The translations under genes were made by a program, and so were the position numbers. This document shows, piece by piece, positions 1 through 13,149 of a stretch of DNA of 64,000 bases (positions within the stretch are counted from its first letter, which is position 1; each line of letters opens with the position of its first letter). The stretch comes from Gnetum montanum (lineage: Eukaryota; Plantae; Gnetophyta). The notes below the pieces were generated by a model. The model saw only the letters and a program-made list of their open reading frames with translations. It did no database searches and was not told the DNA's origin. The DNA lies in NCBI GenBank assembly GCA_015680685.1, contig MNCI01002357.1, positions 62,001-126,000 of the forward strand. Reading direction: 5' to 3'.

Positions 1-3000
1 TTTCATGCTTTTTCCATAAATTTTGAGATAGGGTTGTTTTTCTTAGATCTAGGCCTTAATGTTTGTCCAAATTTAGTTTTACAAAAATAACACCCTTTTA
101 TTTTGATTTTTTTTATAAATAAGTATGAGTTATTTTTCCTATTTTGTCTATTTGTCATGGCTATATTAAGTTAGTTTTTATGACTTTTAAGCTTTTTAAT
201 GACTTTTATATGAAGAAAGAAAGCAATGTTGCATATTTCTTACTAAGAAAAATGCTAGATATTTTGAAACTCTAACATTATGGGCTTGTAGCCCTATGTT
301 TAAGCTTTCTAATGGCTATGGTCCCATTCAATTTGGATTTAAAATTATGAGTTTATGATTTCATAAGTTTGTGTGGTTAGGTTTTTGTGCCATTTTTTAA
401 AATTTCATGTAGCTCCATGAATTTTTTCTAAACAACATGGGTTTTGGCTAATTTTTGGTTATATCTTGGTGGGTCATTTCTTCAAATTTTCAACAAAGGT
501 AGAATCACTCTGTTTGGATTTGAAATAAAGTTTTTATTAAACTTGTGTCAAAAGGGTTTTGTGCCATTTGTATATTTTCATCCAAATTAATGATTTTTTT
601 CTAAATAAATAACAAGTATTTTAACTTTTTGTTAAGTTGACTATGTAGGAATTATTCAATATTTCAAATGATGGTGGAATCACTCCTTTTGGAGATCAAA
701 TTAATTTTTGGTGAATTTTCTCCCAACCTTGTGCGAAAGGGGTTTAATGTTGACAACTACAATTTTGTTAAGTTTGGCTATGTTTCATGCAAACATGGTT
801 ATGTGTTTCTAGTTGTAATGAATATGGATGAAAAGATCATGATTTCAGGCTTCCTTCTATGGTGGACTCAATGAAATTAAAGTGAGGATGGATTTTTGAT
901 GAATTTTCAATCTAGTCTGTATTAAGAAGGCTAAATTCTAGTTATAGCACTTTACCCCATTAGAGATGGATGTTACTGACATGTTCAGAGATTTATCTTG
1001 TTAACTTCCATGCCCTTGGGGATGTCCTAAAACATTTTTAATGCTCTAAATTTGGTTTTTATGGTTTCAAGAAAACTTTACTATTTCTAGTAATGTTCAT
1101 GCTATTAGCTATTTTCTAGAATCTAAATTTGCTTATGTGTCGAGTTGATGGGCTATGTAGGTTATAATGTTTTGGCTATGATGTATAAGCCTATAAAAGG
1201 TTGTAATAATGTTGTTATTAATTTCTTAGGAAAACTTGAATAAACACCCTAGAGCTCTTTACAAGGGCTAATTTCACCCATGACTAGGATGTTTTTACAA
1301 ACTTGTTAAGAAATTTTAATTGGTCATGATATTTTTTCTTTTCCATGTAGGATCTTCTTGAAGCCCATACTCATCAGTATTGAGTTAGTGGGCATTTCAT
1401 GCTACATTGGCCACCCTAAGGCCAATACCCCTTTACTAGACATGACCTTAGACAAGGTCTCACTATGGTTCTAGCCAGGAGTAAGGGAATTCCTTGCCTA
1501 CATCCTTCAAAATTTCAGTGTGATGTTGTGGTCACACTTATCTATGTATATCGTCAGGGTCATATTGGAAACACTAATGCGCAAGGCATCTAGTCTGATC
1601 CCTAGGTTCATCACTAACGATCCATAGCCTAAGACAATAGGGGATGCAATAGATATGATTAACCCACGCTACCTTACAAATATCTAAACTATGCTAGAGT
1701 ATAGTCAGTATAATGTTGATAATACTTTGATGGTGGCACATAGGGTCCAAACATTATTTTAGAACCCACTTGACACCATGTACCATCTACAAGGATAAGC
1801 ATTGTTGTTATAGTGTTTTTATTTTTTTATCTTTATTAGCTAAACTACCTTTTCTAGATTTGTTAATTTTATGAACTTCTTGTAGATATAGGGTCAATGA
1901 TCAAACCTTGGCAGTGGCTCAAACCACCTTAGATTTATTTACCAAAGGGTCCTAGATTAGAACTATTGTGTATTAATAGTTAAGATGAGACTTTGATGAA
2001 TACACTAAGAAATTTGACCCTATCTACAAGTAGTATATGGTTAACAGAATGATACACAACTGGTGGATGGGCTCCAAAAGCACCCTAGATTAGGCTCTTG
2101 CAATTGGGACCTCTACTCAAACCACATTAAAGAAGAAGAAGAAAGGTAAACATAATAGCTATAACATCTAATGTTTTATGGTTACCAAAGCTTCAAGTGT
2201 TCTATTATTTTAACTAGTTATTGAACATGCCTATGTTGATGCTAAACACTTAGTTGTTGTCTTGCAAGACCTTCCACCTCTAACAATGTCACCTTATCAG
2301 TTTTAGAACATCATAAGGATGCCCTCATCCTAAAGTTTGGTGAGGTGATAAAAGCATAGGAGTGCTTGAGGGGACAGGCACCTAGATACATTCAAGCAAA
2401 CGTTGAGCATGTAGTTTTGCTTGATCTATTTATGGTACCTATCCCTTCCATTCCCATCATGGAGATGATGCACATCATTGACTCCTTCAATAGAGAACTT
2501 GATAGTTTTAGCACCACCATTCAAGGAATGTTGATTATCATAGCCAATGATGAGGGAACCTAGTAACTTGTTTGGTATCCTTGCTAATAGGGAAAAGGTT
2601 ACCACCGGAATAGTGAAGGAAGCATGCCATCATGAGGAACTTTTAGAGTGGCTTGGTGATATCATGGGCCACTCTGGGATTTCTATGGATAGTTTCAAAA
2701 ACCCTGAGGTAAAGGAATCATATCCTTTGTTCAAGTCCCATGCATTTCCTAAACTATTATCAAAAAATAAGATAATTGACATTACACATGGGTGGACCTT
2801 TAAGAGGGTCCTGATGGATGGCATTGGATTCAACTAAGTGGCTTCTTTGGCTATTGGGCTTCAAGATGAGATTCTCAAACTTCGTGATGACACCTCTATG
2901 ATAATCCACATGCATTTTGCATTCTTTGTAGGTTACCTAAAGAGGTTCATGGAGTTCCTAGTGGTGTGGAGCAATGTGCGATGGGTTTTCTAGGACCTAG

Positions 3001-3980
3001 ACCAACTTTCTAGTCCTTGGATAAAAATAATTTATCCAACCATGTAGGCCCAAAATCCACCAAATAAGATGGACAATTCATTTTCTATTACTACCAAGGA
3101 TCTTTGTGTTAGGCTATGTGAATCCCCTGATAGCATGGAGGAGAAACCCCTTACAAAACCAATGAGCATCTTGTAAGCTAAGCAACAACATCGAAAAGCC
3201 AAAGGGAAAGCCAAGGCCAAGCTCAAGAGGCCACTAGAGGAAGCACTGCTAATGTCAAAGCAATCTGCCCAAAAGAAGCTTAAGTTTAAGCTTAAGCGAT
3301 CACATCATGTAGCCATAGGCATGCTTTATCTATGTTTTGGTTATTCTTTATTTTAATATTTCATGGCTACATTATCATTTCATGTACTAATTAGTTTTCT
3401 ATGTGTTATGATTGTAGATAAGCATTGGGACATGGTAGCCTAAGCTATCTTGGAGGAGGAAGCACAAATATGTGCAGCTGGAAAAGTAGAGGAGGAATAT
3501 AGACATTTAGAGGAGGTTCTCTTACAATAGCATGAGGTTGAAAGGTTCACCAACATTGATCTAGATGCCTTGTCTAGTGAAGCAGTATGGGGTACATCCT
3601 CCATTGTCATCCTAGAGGAAGAAGAGAAGCAACTAGGTATGCACATGTCTTAATGCTTCTTGTTATATCCTATTTTTTTAAGTTTGGTTTTCATCCTAAA
3701 AATTCAATGATTGTTATGCTTATAGTAAACCTTAAGCCACCAATTTAGGTCACTATCGCTAATTTTCATGAAAAACCAAGAGTAGAGGTCTAGGATAAGA
3801 TTGAGTTCATGCATTGGATGGCTAAGGACATCATCGACTAGTTGCACCAAGTTGCACTCAGGATAGGTAAGAACTTAGTTTTCTATGTAGTAGTCATTTT
3901 GCTATGTCATAGGTTGTGTTTATGTTATGGCTATCTTAGGTTGTAAACTATGTTTATGGTTGTATTTTATGGTTATTGTT
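1..3980 (-). mobile_element. Truncated internal fragment (element C) of the same Tat family as A and B; covers intron 1 to exon 6 of the antisense accessory gene
   Basis: Collinear similarity to ~25190-29520 (B) and ~39240-43120 (A); similarity is lost after ~3980; no LTR linked to it in the window. Confidence 0.8.
1351..3866 (+). pseudogene. Antisense accessory gene, copy C (exons ~1351-1793, 1886-2145, 2268-~3310, 3418-3636, 3726-3866): FCP1/NIF-like plus PMD/Transposase_32-like domains
   Basis: Acceptor ccatgtAG at 1350. Translation IFLKPILISIELVGISCYI...LWF*PGVREFLAYILQNFSVMLWSHLS...YNVDNTLMVAHRVQTLF*NP. Donors AAAG|GTAAAC (2145), CTAG|GTATGC (3636), ATAG|GTAAGA (3866). ORFs 2366-2563 and 2547-2837 are pieces of exon 4. 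Confidence 0.75.
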
Positions 3981-4320
3981 GGTGACTTTTTGGGATTGGA
4001 CTACTAATGTTAGGGTGCCTTTAGGTCTCATGACCCTTGGAATGATAGAATTGAAGATGTTCTTCAAACAGGGTTTAGATGCTTGCTAGTCTCTAGTACC
4101 ACAAGGGTCCAAATACCTCCAAATAAACTTAGTAGTTATGAAATGAACTAATCATGAGTATGTGTTTGCTATTGTGAGTGATGAAATGGTTGGGTTGTGT
4201 ATGAAACTGTAATTGGCTATCATAAAAGAAATTCAACTAACTTTGTCAAATATTGTGAGTTATTGAAGGTTTCTATTTTGTCTAATCACTTAGTCTATAT
4301 AGTCCCTATAGTACATTACT

Positions 4321-5400
4321 TGTAACAAATAAAATTTTGCAAAAACATATTAGCATAATTATGTCAATCTACTTCTAATTTTTCTCAAAGAGAAAGTTCC
4401 ACAAGAAAACTAGAAATAAAGAGAGATTCAATGGATGTAGAAAAAGAAATAAAGAAAAGTAGATTTGTGTGAACCTCAAATATTTAAGATAAATTGACAC
4501 AAGGAAACACTTCACAATAAAGCTATTCCAATTCAATCTAACTATGAATTGCCCAAATCCTCTAAGTTCAATAAGCAATTTCATTAGAGACAATCTTATT
4601 ATACTACCAAAAATGCTACATAAATGACAAAGTATGAGTCTCTATTTTGTTTAGTTAATAGTTGTTAAAGATTTCATTCAACATAGCCTTCCAAAAATTT
4701 GACAATTTCAGGATTGAAATACCAAGGTAATACACTTTATAATAATGAAGTCATTTTAGTCATCTCAAAATACCAAAGATTTTCCTAGATTCTCTATGCT
4801 CAAAATAGGCCATTTCATTAAGACATTACTATTAAATTTCTCTTGATCATTTTCAACAACATAAGCTCTTCTACCAAAAATCTTAATAAGAGTCTAATAT
4901 TGCTTAAAAATAGAGCTATAAAAAGCAACGTAGGAAAAATTCCAAAATCAAATGCCAAGCATGATATTATCTAAACTATTAGCTAAGCAGCTAAAACAAA
5001 ATGGGAATAAATGAGCTCACAAGATTAAAGCAAGGTAGCTAAATTAATAAATTAGCAAGCCATCTTGCAAGCTTCAATATCTTCTTCTTAATCTCCCACC
5101 AATTCCCCCCTCTAACATTCTATCTTTGAAGCCCTTTTATAGTTACTTTAGGGATAGTGACAATCATCATGGAAGGCTAAAGGTAGTTACAAACATTATG
5201 GAGGTTGGTTGTAACCATCATATATTTAAATGCCATAGTTGATAAGTGTTTGGTAGTTACAACCACGAGGGAGATTTAAAAGCTATAGTTTACAATTGTC
5301 CCATGTGTTTGTCAAGTGGCCTATTTGGTGGTTATAACCACCATGGTAATTAATAACTACCATAATTGATAAGTGTTTATTCCATATGGGACTTTGAACA
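4321..5400. repeat. Unassigned AT-rich segment, possibly a degenerate LTR of another family, with short imperfect repeats at ~5180-5380
   Basis: Begins TGTAACA; recurring gttacaacc and gataagtgttt motifs; no partner copy, PBS, PPT or TSD found. Confidence 0.25.
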
Positions 5401-5719
5401 AGTGTTCCATAAATTCCTTTTTTTTTTGAAAAAGAATACATTTTTTAAGTAAAGAAAGCATACCAAGTCAATGCATAATTTAGATGATCATGTGGCATGA
5501 TATAGTACTAAATAAAAGCTTTCACATTTTTTTGATATGGGATATGGATTTCTTGGATTATGGCCTATTTCAATTTCTCCAATATATAATGTATCCTTAG
5601 GTGCTTCAACTACTTGAGCCATGGCAAGAACGTCAACATAAAATCATGGATCAAATACAATTCATTGTGGGAGATAAATATAGTTGGATTTTTACTTCCA
5701 TGTATTACTTCATCAACTT

Positions 5720-5978
5720 TTATAGTTTCAAAATGTGGAACTTGTATTTTAATGAGATTTTAATGAAATCCTACCTTGTATTTTGATGATTTCTACATAT
5801 ATCTAAGGTCATATAGTTATTTATGCTTCCATTGATCTGGTTTTAAAATTAGGCTTGTCATTTCATGTGCTTTTTTCATCAATTTGGGGTGGAGCCATTT
5901 TTTTTTGTCTAGGTTATAATTTTTGTCAAAATTAAATTTTAACAAAATCCTATTTCCTATTTTGATTGTTTTTCATGT
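5720..5978 (-). mobile_element. Small fragment of the Tat-family spacer (intron 1 of the antisense gene)
   Basis: Matches ~39130-39365 (ttatgcttccattgatc...aaaattaggcttgtcatttcatgtgcttttttcatcaattt). Confidence 0.75.
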
Positions 5979-6463
5979 GCCATATCTTTTACATTCGTAT
6001 GCTTTTGCATTTATAGCATCTGAGAGATCTTACACACCTACAAAAATGTAGCTTCTCAAATCCCCTTAGTGTGAAACCCCTGTTGCCTTGTAACCCTCAT
6101 TACCTCCTTGGAATTTGTGGCTTCTATGCTACACCCCTAGAATCCTCAACTCCTAATGTGGAGCATTCTGGTAACCCACCTCCTTCATACTTTTCACCCT
6201 CAACAATAGCCAATGTTGTAGATTTGAACTAGTAGCAGAGGAGAATTGATAACATCAGAAGTGGTAGAGCATCTAGATCATGGAGTGGGTTGCATTGGCT
6301 TTAATGGACTCTAAACCCCAATCCAAGTGAACCCCCTTTTTCTCTCCCATGGGTACTTCTTGTACACATCTCCTGAACCCATTCTTTATTTTTTAATAAA
6401 GTTTTAAATTTCAAATTTGTTTGCAATTTTTATTTTCTCTTGGTTATTCAAATTTGTATTTTT
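5979..6463 (+). repeat. Inverted partial LTR of the A subfamily
   Basis: Diverged reverse complement of ~6636-7130 and ~50015-50500; for example 6091-6118 is the reverse complement of aaattccaagggggtaatgagggtta near 50361. Confidence 0.85.
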
Positions 6464-6472
6464 AAAGAAAAC

Positions 6473-7968
6473 TATTGTAATTAGAAAATTTGATTGTTGG
6501 AAAATCAAAAGTCTTGACATAGCACCCTCAACCATGAATCCCCAGGGCCTCCAACAAATGGAATTCAAGATGCCCTAGATAGTTCAGCAAATCGCCTAGG
6601 TACTCATAGAATGTAGAATGAATAATGCAAAAAGAAAAATACAAATCTGAATAACCAAGAGCAAATGAAAATTACACACAAAACTAAAATCTTAAAAATT
6701 TATTAAAAAATAAAGAATGAGTTCAGGAGATGTGTACAAGAAGTGCCCATGGGAGAGCAAAAGGAGGATTCACTTGGATGGGATTCAGAGTTCATTAAAG
6801 CTGATGCAATCCACTCCATGATCTAGATGCTCCACTACTCTCAATGTTATTGAACCTCCTCGATTACTACACCAAAACTACAATTTTGGCTACTACTAGA
6901 TGTGAAAAGCATGAGGGATGTGGGCTACCAGAATGCTCCATGCTAGGAGTTGAGGATCCCAAGGGTGTAGTGTGGAAGCCACAAACTCACAAATTCTAAG
7001 GGGATAAAAAGGGTTACAAGGCCACAAGGGTTCCACACTGAGGAAATCTGAGAAGCTGCATTTCTACAAGTGTGAAAGAGCTCTTAGATGCTACAAATCC
7101 CAAAGTGTATGAATGCAAAAGGTGTGGAACCTAAAAATTATGTTGGGATTTATATTTTATAGGTTTTGGGTCATGAATGGGGCTAAAAATTAGCTACAAT
7201 TTGACTATAATTTAGTTGCAAATGGTTGATAGGTTGGCTGAAAATTTCTTCCATGTACAAGTGAGATGGGTGCCCAAATTGGGAGGGGTTACTATGCATG
7301 GAAAGTGCCACACTTCCATGGCCATTCTATTTCCTATAAATAGTAATGGGGGCACACCATCCACATTGGCTTTGTTCTTCCATGCTAGGCCTTTTGCCAT
7401 CCTCACTAGAGTACATGATCAACATTGAGATCAATGAAATGTTGAAATGTGATGCATGTGGCTTCTACACTAGGGGGAAGGTGCATCAATGCTAGAAGGA
7501 TGGAGGATCAACACTGAGGGGGGAAGGTCACACTCCTCCATGTTGGGTATTATACATCACTCATTGCTCCACATTGAGGTCTACCACCCCCCACTCCCCA
7601 CACTAGGAGTAGGTGAGATCTACTCCTCTACATTGGGGGTAGGTGAAGCACACCCCCTATACATGTATTTCTAGTGTAGAGAGTGTTATGAGCCCAATAA
7701 AACCTCAAATTATCATTTTTTGCATCCAAAAGGCATTTTTGACCCCTCTTCTAAGCCCAAATATAGATAGTACATGACTTTTTCCACTTGGGGAATGAGT
7801 CTTTGACCACTTATAAGGCATTTTCAGCCCCAAAAGTATGAGATACATGAGATTTCCCCTCATTGGTTACAATCTTAACATTTACAATGACGTTTTACCT
7901 TAGGTTTTATGGGGTGGAGGTTAGATGATGAAAAATGGTTACAACATGCAATTTTTGATGGTGTTTCA
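6473..7968 (-). repeat. 3' LTR of element A
   Basis: Direct repeat of 49857-51273; begins TGAAACACC on the minus strand, immediately after the PPT. Confidence 0.9.
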
Positions 7969-7982
7969 ATGGCCCCTCTTTG
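7969..7982 (-). promoter_or_regulatory. Polypurine tract of element A
   Basis: Minus strand CAAAGAGGGGCCAT directly precedes the LTR TG; same site in B at 16969-16982. Confidence 0.8.
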
Positions 7983-8974
7983 TTGGTATCTAGAGGATTA
8001 ACCCAAGAGGCATCAATAAAGAATACAAAATACCACATTAGGTCTACAACCAATGATCCCTTTATGCACTTGATCCAATTATGTCAAACCATGCCAAAGA
8101 GCACTCTTGATGGTGGAGTAAGGTTATGATGAGGGAATGGCAATGAGGTCATAGGAACATGGTCATGCAGGCTAATGATGCACTCCAAGTGTTCACACCA
8201 TGGATATAGCATGGCACTAACATGTAGGTTAGGCAATTAAGATTATGCACTTCATGTTTAGAAATGTGGTTCACTCAAGAAATATGTTTGAGAAACCAAC
8301 ACTTTGCTCTAATGTTTCTTTAGCCATTGGGCTTCTCCCTTATGTTCGAAGCCATCAGTCTTTATTGGCCATCCAGCTTGGCAATTTGCATCCCCATTTT
8401 TTTATGGGATGACACCTTCAATGGGTTTCTTTGCAAAGGCTAAACAAATCTAGTTTTTCCATTGAGTGATTTGTGCTACACTTGATGGACTTGAGGGTTA
8501 TCCCATTGAATGAGATGTGTTACACTTGATGGACTTAACACTCGATGGACTTAATGATTTCCCACTAAATGAGATGTGTCACATTCAAGTGGACTTGGAG
8601 GTCGAGCATGACAAAAGAATGTCATATGGACATGAAAGCATGAATGTTAAACATTGATCAACATCATTGCTCAAGGTCTGGAAGGCTATAGTCTAGCTAT
8701 GGGGTTTGGCTCAAGGAGTGATGCTAGATGGGGGCAATGGTACAAGAACTCTTAACATAGCATGAAAAACTCACCAAATCATGCACATCAAGGTTGCATG
8801 ATGACTTGCTACTATAATGGATTATACCTTTGCCATGACTCTAGGCTTCATCCTACAAGCACAACTCCAAGAAGACAAGAAAACTAAACAAACAAAGCAT
8901 GTTATAACATTACAATGCATATAGTCCACATAGCATGATGAGATGATGAACAAAGTCAAAGCTACCTAGGACAC

Positions 8975-9150
8975 GAAAGTTGCCAATTTAAGACCATGAT
9001 GGACTAGGGTACTAGTTTAAGGCCTTGGTAGGTTATGTTGCTAGTTTAAGGTTGTAGTAGACCATGGTGCCGGTTTAAGGCCTCGGTAGGCCATGTCACC
9101 AATTTAAGGCCTCAGTAGGCTGTATTGTTAATTTAAGGCCTTGGCAGCCT
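8975..9150. repeat. ~31-bp tandem array (TGCTAGTTTAAGGCC core) in the 3' UTR of A
   Basis: About 6 units such as tactagtttaaggccttggtaggttatgt and tgctagtttaaggttgtagtagaccatgg. Confidence 0.85.
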
Positions 9151-9203
9151 GTCAAAAGACTCATGCAGGCTCACTTGATGTTGGTAATGAAGGTCATTGT
9201 AGG

Positions 9204-12200
9204 CTACATGTAATATGATTTTAGATATGAATGATTAACTAGATTTGCCAAATCATTTCCATCCATGTCTGCTATCCTGAATGCTCAATTGTTGTAGGCT
9301 TTAGCGATTAGGAATTACCCTTTCCAATAGATTGAGAATTTATCTACATGCTCAAGGATGGTTTTGAGGACCAAGTCACCTTCCTTCATCTTAAGCTTGG
9401 TCAAGTTATGTTGGTACTCCCATTTCTACCTCTCTTGATATTGCTTGATGTGAGCAAGTATCCACACTTGCTGCTCCTCCACCAAGTCCAAGTTTACAGT
9501 CTACAACTCCTTACTTTGCTCATCATTGATGAAGTTGGTCAAGGCTACTTGAAGTGATGGCACTTGTAATTCGAGAGGTAAAATAGCTTTAAAATCATAA
9601 ACCAAGTTGTAAGGTGTTACACCAATTACCATACGATAGGTTGTGTGATAGGCCCAAAGTGCATGAACAAGTCACTCATGCCACTTACGCTTGCAAGCAA
9701 GTTGATGATGGACTTGTTTCTTGTTTTTGCTTATCCATTAACTTGAGGGTAATAAGGCAATGCAAAAGAATGCTTAATGCCTAGGTCATGATAGAAATAT
9801 TTTGTTTCTTGGCTACCAAATTATGGTCCATTTTCTCTAACTATGGTCATGGGTATGCTAAAATGGACTACTATGTTGTCTAGGATGAATTTACAAACTT
9901 GTTCAAATGTAGTCTTCCTCAGGTGAATAGCATCAACCTATTTGGTAAAGTATTCAATTGTAGTGATGATGAAGCTATGACCTATGGAGGACTTAGGCAT
10001 TATAGGTCATAGGTCTTAACCTTCTATAGATAGTCACTTTCCATATAGGGCTAATAGTAACCTAACCACCTAACTTTAGTGGCCATGCCTCTAGTTCCTA
10101 TATGTCCTCTACAAATACCCTTATGAACCTACTCCAGGATTGTTCTAATCTTGATCTTACCTAAGCATACTAATAATATGCCATTGTAGGACCATTAACA
10201 TAATATGATATCACCTACTAATACATACTATTTGGAACATTTACATATAACATCCTTTTAAGTAGTAGTCAAGCCTTGTGAAGGTTCACCATGCATAAGA
10301 TAAAACTTGATATTGTCATACCAATCCTTGGTGCTAGTAGTATGAACTATGGCCAAAAAGGTATCTTTATCACTTTGCATGATGGGAATAACACAATCCA
10401 CAATCAAGGTGGACAACTTACTAAACACATTTGGCATCACAATTAGGGACAGTGTTACAATGGCATTATCTATGACATTCATATTTTGGAGTATGTGTTG
10501 GAGATCAACATTTGTAAATTATTTTAAAAATTACTTCCCTAGATCACAGTAAGGCTGTAGATGTTTGGCTTTACATGCATAAACCTTGGTTACTTGGTTG
10601 ACCACTAGTTGTGAATCACCTCTAATCATTAATCGTTTGATTCCTAGATCATGAGCTACCATCATTTTCCTAATTAAACCCTCATACTCCACTATGCTCT
10701 TAGACATGAAAACTCAAAATGGTAGGTGAAGGATCAAATTTTAGTAGATGGAAATACTATGATGGAAGTGGCATTGGTCCCATGGGTAGCTGAAGCTTCA
10801 TCAAAGTGCATGACTTCCTCATAACCCTTGAGCACTTGGTTAATGGTGTTGACATGTTCATTAGGAAACTAAGGTTCCATGATTGCTTGGTCATCAATAG
10901 GCAAAATANATCTACTTTTATGGCTTTCCATTGAGCTATATAGCTATTCTCATAAATGTTGGTCGTTATGGGTTTGAGCACATTATCTTTATAAATGATG
11001 TTGACCTAGCTTCTAAAGAGGTAGTGTGTCAACTTCTTCAATGAGAAGACTAGTGCTAGACAACATTTCTCCACTTCAGTATATCATGTCTCATGGGAAA
11101 CTAACACATGGCTAAGGTAGTATGCTAGCATCTTTGATCCATCATCTCATTTTTGATAGAGTAGAGAGGCAATGGAAGTGTCAAAGATGGCAAGGTAGAT
11201 GCAAAATCATTTACCCTATTGTGGAGGATGAACTATTAGTAGTTGCGTGAACTCTTGCTTATGGTTTTCAAATGCCTCTTGGCATTGAGCCATCCATTCA
11301 TAGTGAATCCCTTTCTTAAGCAAGTGTTGCATAGGTTGCAACTTATCTATAAGCCTAGTAATAAACCTATGAATAAATTGTAATTTGCCTTATAATCCCT
11401 AAAGCTCCTTAAGATTAGTAGGTGCTACTAATTTGGATATGGCCTTAACGTTAATAGGATTGACATGTATCCCTACTTTAGATACTAATAATCCAAGCAT
11501 CTTTCCAATCTTGACACCGAAGACACACTTCTTGAGGTTGAGCGTAAGTTCATACTTAAGGCATCATTTATGTACATGGTCTAGGTCATTAGCATGGTCA
11601 CTAGCTACTTTGGACTTAATAGCTATATCATCTACATAATCATTAAGAAAACCTAACATGTAATTACTAAACATGTATGTCATGTATTTCTAGTAGGTTT
11701 TTGCTACATTCTTAAGGCCAAAGGACATCATATTATAGAAAATGGTACCCCAAGGGATCATGAAGGTTGTGCTAAGTTGGTGCTCTGGGTTGATCCCAAG
11801 TTAGTTATATCCCAAGAACCCATCCATAAAGGAAAATAAGGCATGCCCAATCATTGTATTAATAAGTTGATTAATACTAGGCAATGGAAAGTCATCTTTA
11901 ATAGTTTCCTTATTTAGGTCTCAGAAATCGACACAAATACAAATACTCCTATTCTTCTTAGGGACTACCACTATATTGAATGCACAATTTGTGTAGTCAA
12001 TATCCCTAATAAAACTAGCTTGGTAGAGTTTTATGATTTCATCATGAACTATCAAGGTGAAATTAGGTCTAATCTTGCACACGTTTTTCTTAATTGGTCT
12101 AATGCTAGGGTCAAGTATGATGTTTTTTTACATTATGCGTAGGTCTAGGCTTGTCATATCTTCATATAACTAGGTGAAGGCGTTGATATTATCTTGTAGG

Positions 12201-12511
12201 ACTTTGGTGATGTCATGAGCCTATCAAGGTTTCAATGAGGAACTTAGCATTAGGGTATTCTTCTTACCACTATGTGTTGTGACAAGAACCTTAACAAGAG
12301 ATGCTTCAGTAATGTTTCTAGCCTCTAGGTCAAGGGTTTTATCTAGATTTTTAGGCCATTCTAGAGGTTTCTGTATTGAGGCTATGTGGTTGACATGACT
12401 CTTAAGCTCAAGATCTAGGCAATTAAGGTTGATATACCACTCTACATCACCATAAGGCCTTGTTAGGCTCAAAGGAAAATTGATGTACTCCTAGGTATTC
12501 ACACTTTACTC
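9204..12511 (-). pseudogene. pol: pol of element A: RT (~12470-11300), RNase H (~11200-10900), archaeal-type RNase H (~10860-10480), integrase (~10250-9204)
   Basis: Motifs MSFGLKNV, YVDDI, VMHFD...VEYEGLI...IRGDSQLVVNQVTK, WYDNIKFYL, PYYPQVNG. Many stops, and a ~110-bp integrase deletion near 10020 relative to B. Confidence 0.92.
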
Positions 12512-13149
12512 TTGCATGTCAACCATAAGTACATTAAGTTGCATTTAGGTAAAGATGAATAAATAATGTCAAAATGCTATACAATTTTGCAAATCCATGC
12601 TATAAAATGCAAACACAAGGGGACAAGATTATATAAGGCTATGAGAGATAGAAAGAAATCAATAAGATGAAACAAAGGTTAAAAAAAGACCAAGCAAAGG
12701 TCAAACAAGGCTAAATAAGCATAATAAGATAAACAATAATCAAATGAGATCCGAAGCTTATTAGTTTAAAGCCTTGGCATGCCATAATGCTAGTTTTAGG
12801 CCTTAGCATGCCATGGTCACATGGTGCCAAATGGTAGTCAAGGAAGGCCAAACCCCATCATTCAATATCAATTAAAGATTAAACAAGGCTACATAGGACT
12901 ATAATGTAGAGAATAAAGGTAAAAACAATGAGATAGAAGTAGTACTAAGGTCAAATAAGGTCAACAATGCAACAGTGGTAAGAATAGGTTACAATATGAT
13001 GAAATAAGGCTAAATAAGCCAAAGTATGACAAATATGGTGAATTTTGGTTAAAATATGATAAAAGGGCTATATTTTTCTAGTTTTAGGACTTAGAAAACC
13101 ATGGTTTGAGGCTACAAGGCTATTGGGTAATTTTGGGCATCAACAGAGG

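Noticed and set aside
4321-5400. Complete solo LTR
   Set aside because: No confident right terminus, TSD or second copy; kept only as a low-confidence repeat.
7212-7674. Short ORFs within LTRs (also 15862-16910, 37001-37267, 50211-51316)
   Set aside because: Frames are not preserved between LTR copies and no protein motifs are recognisable.
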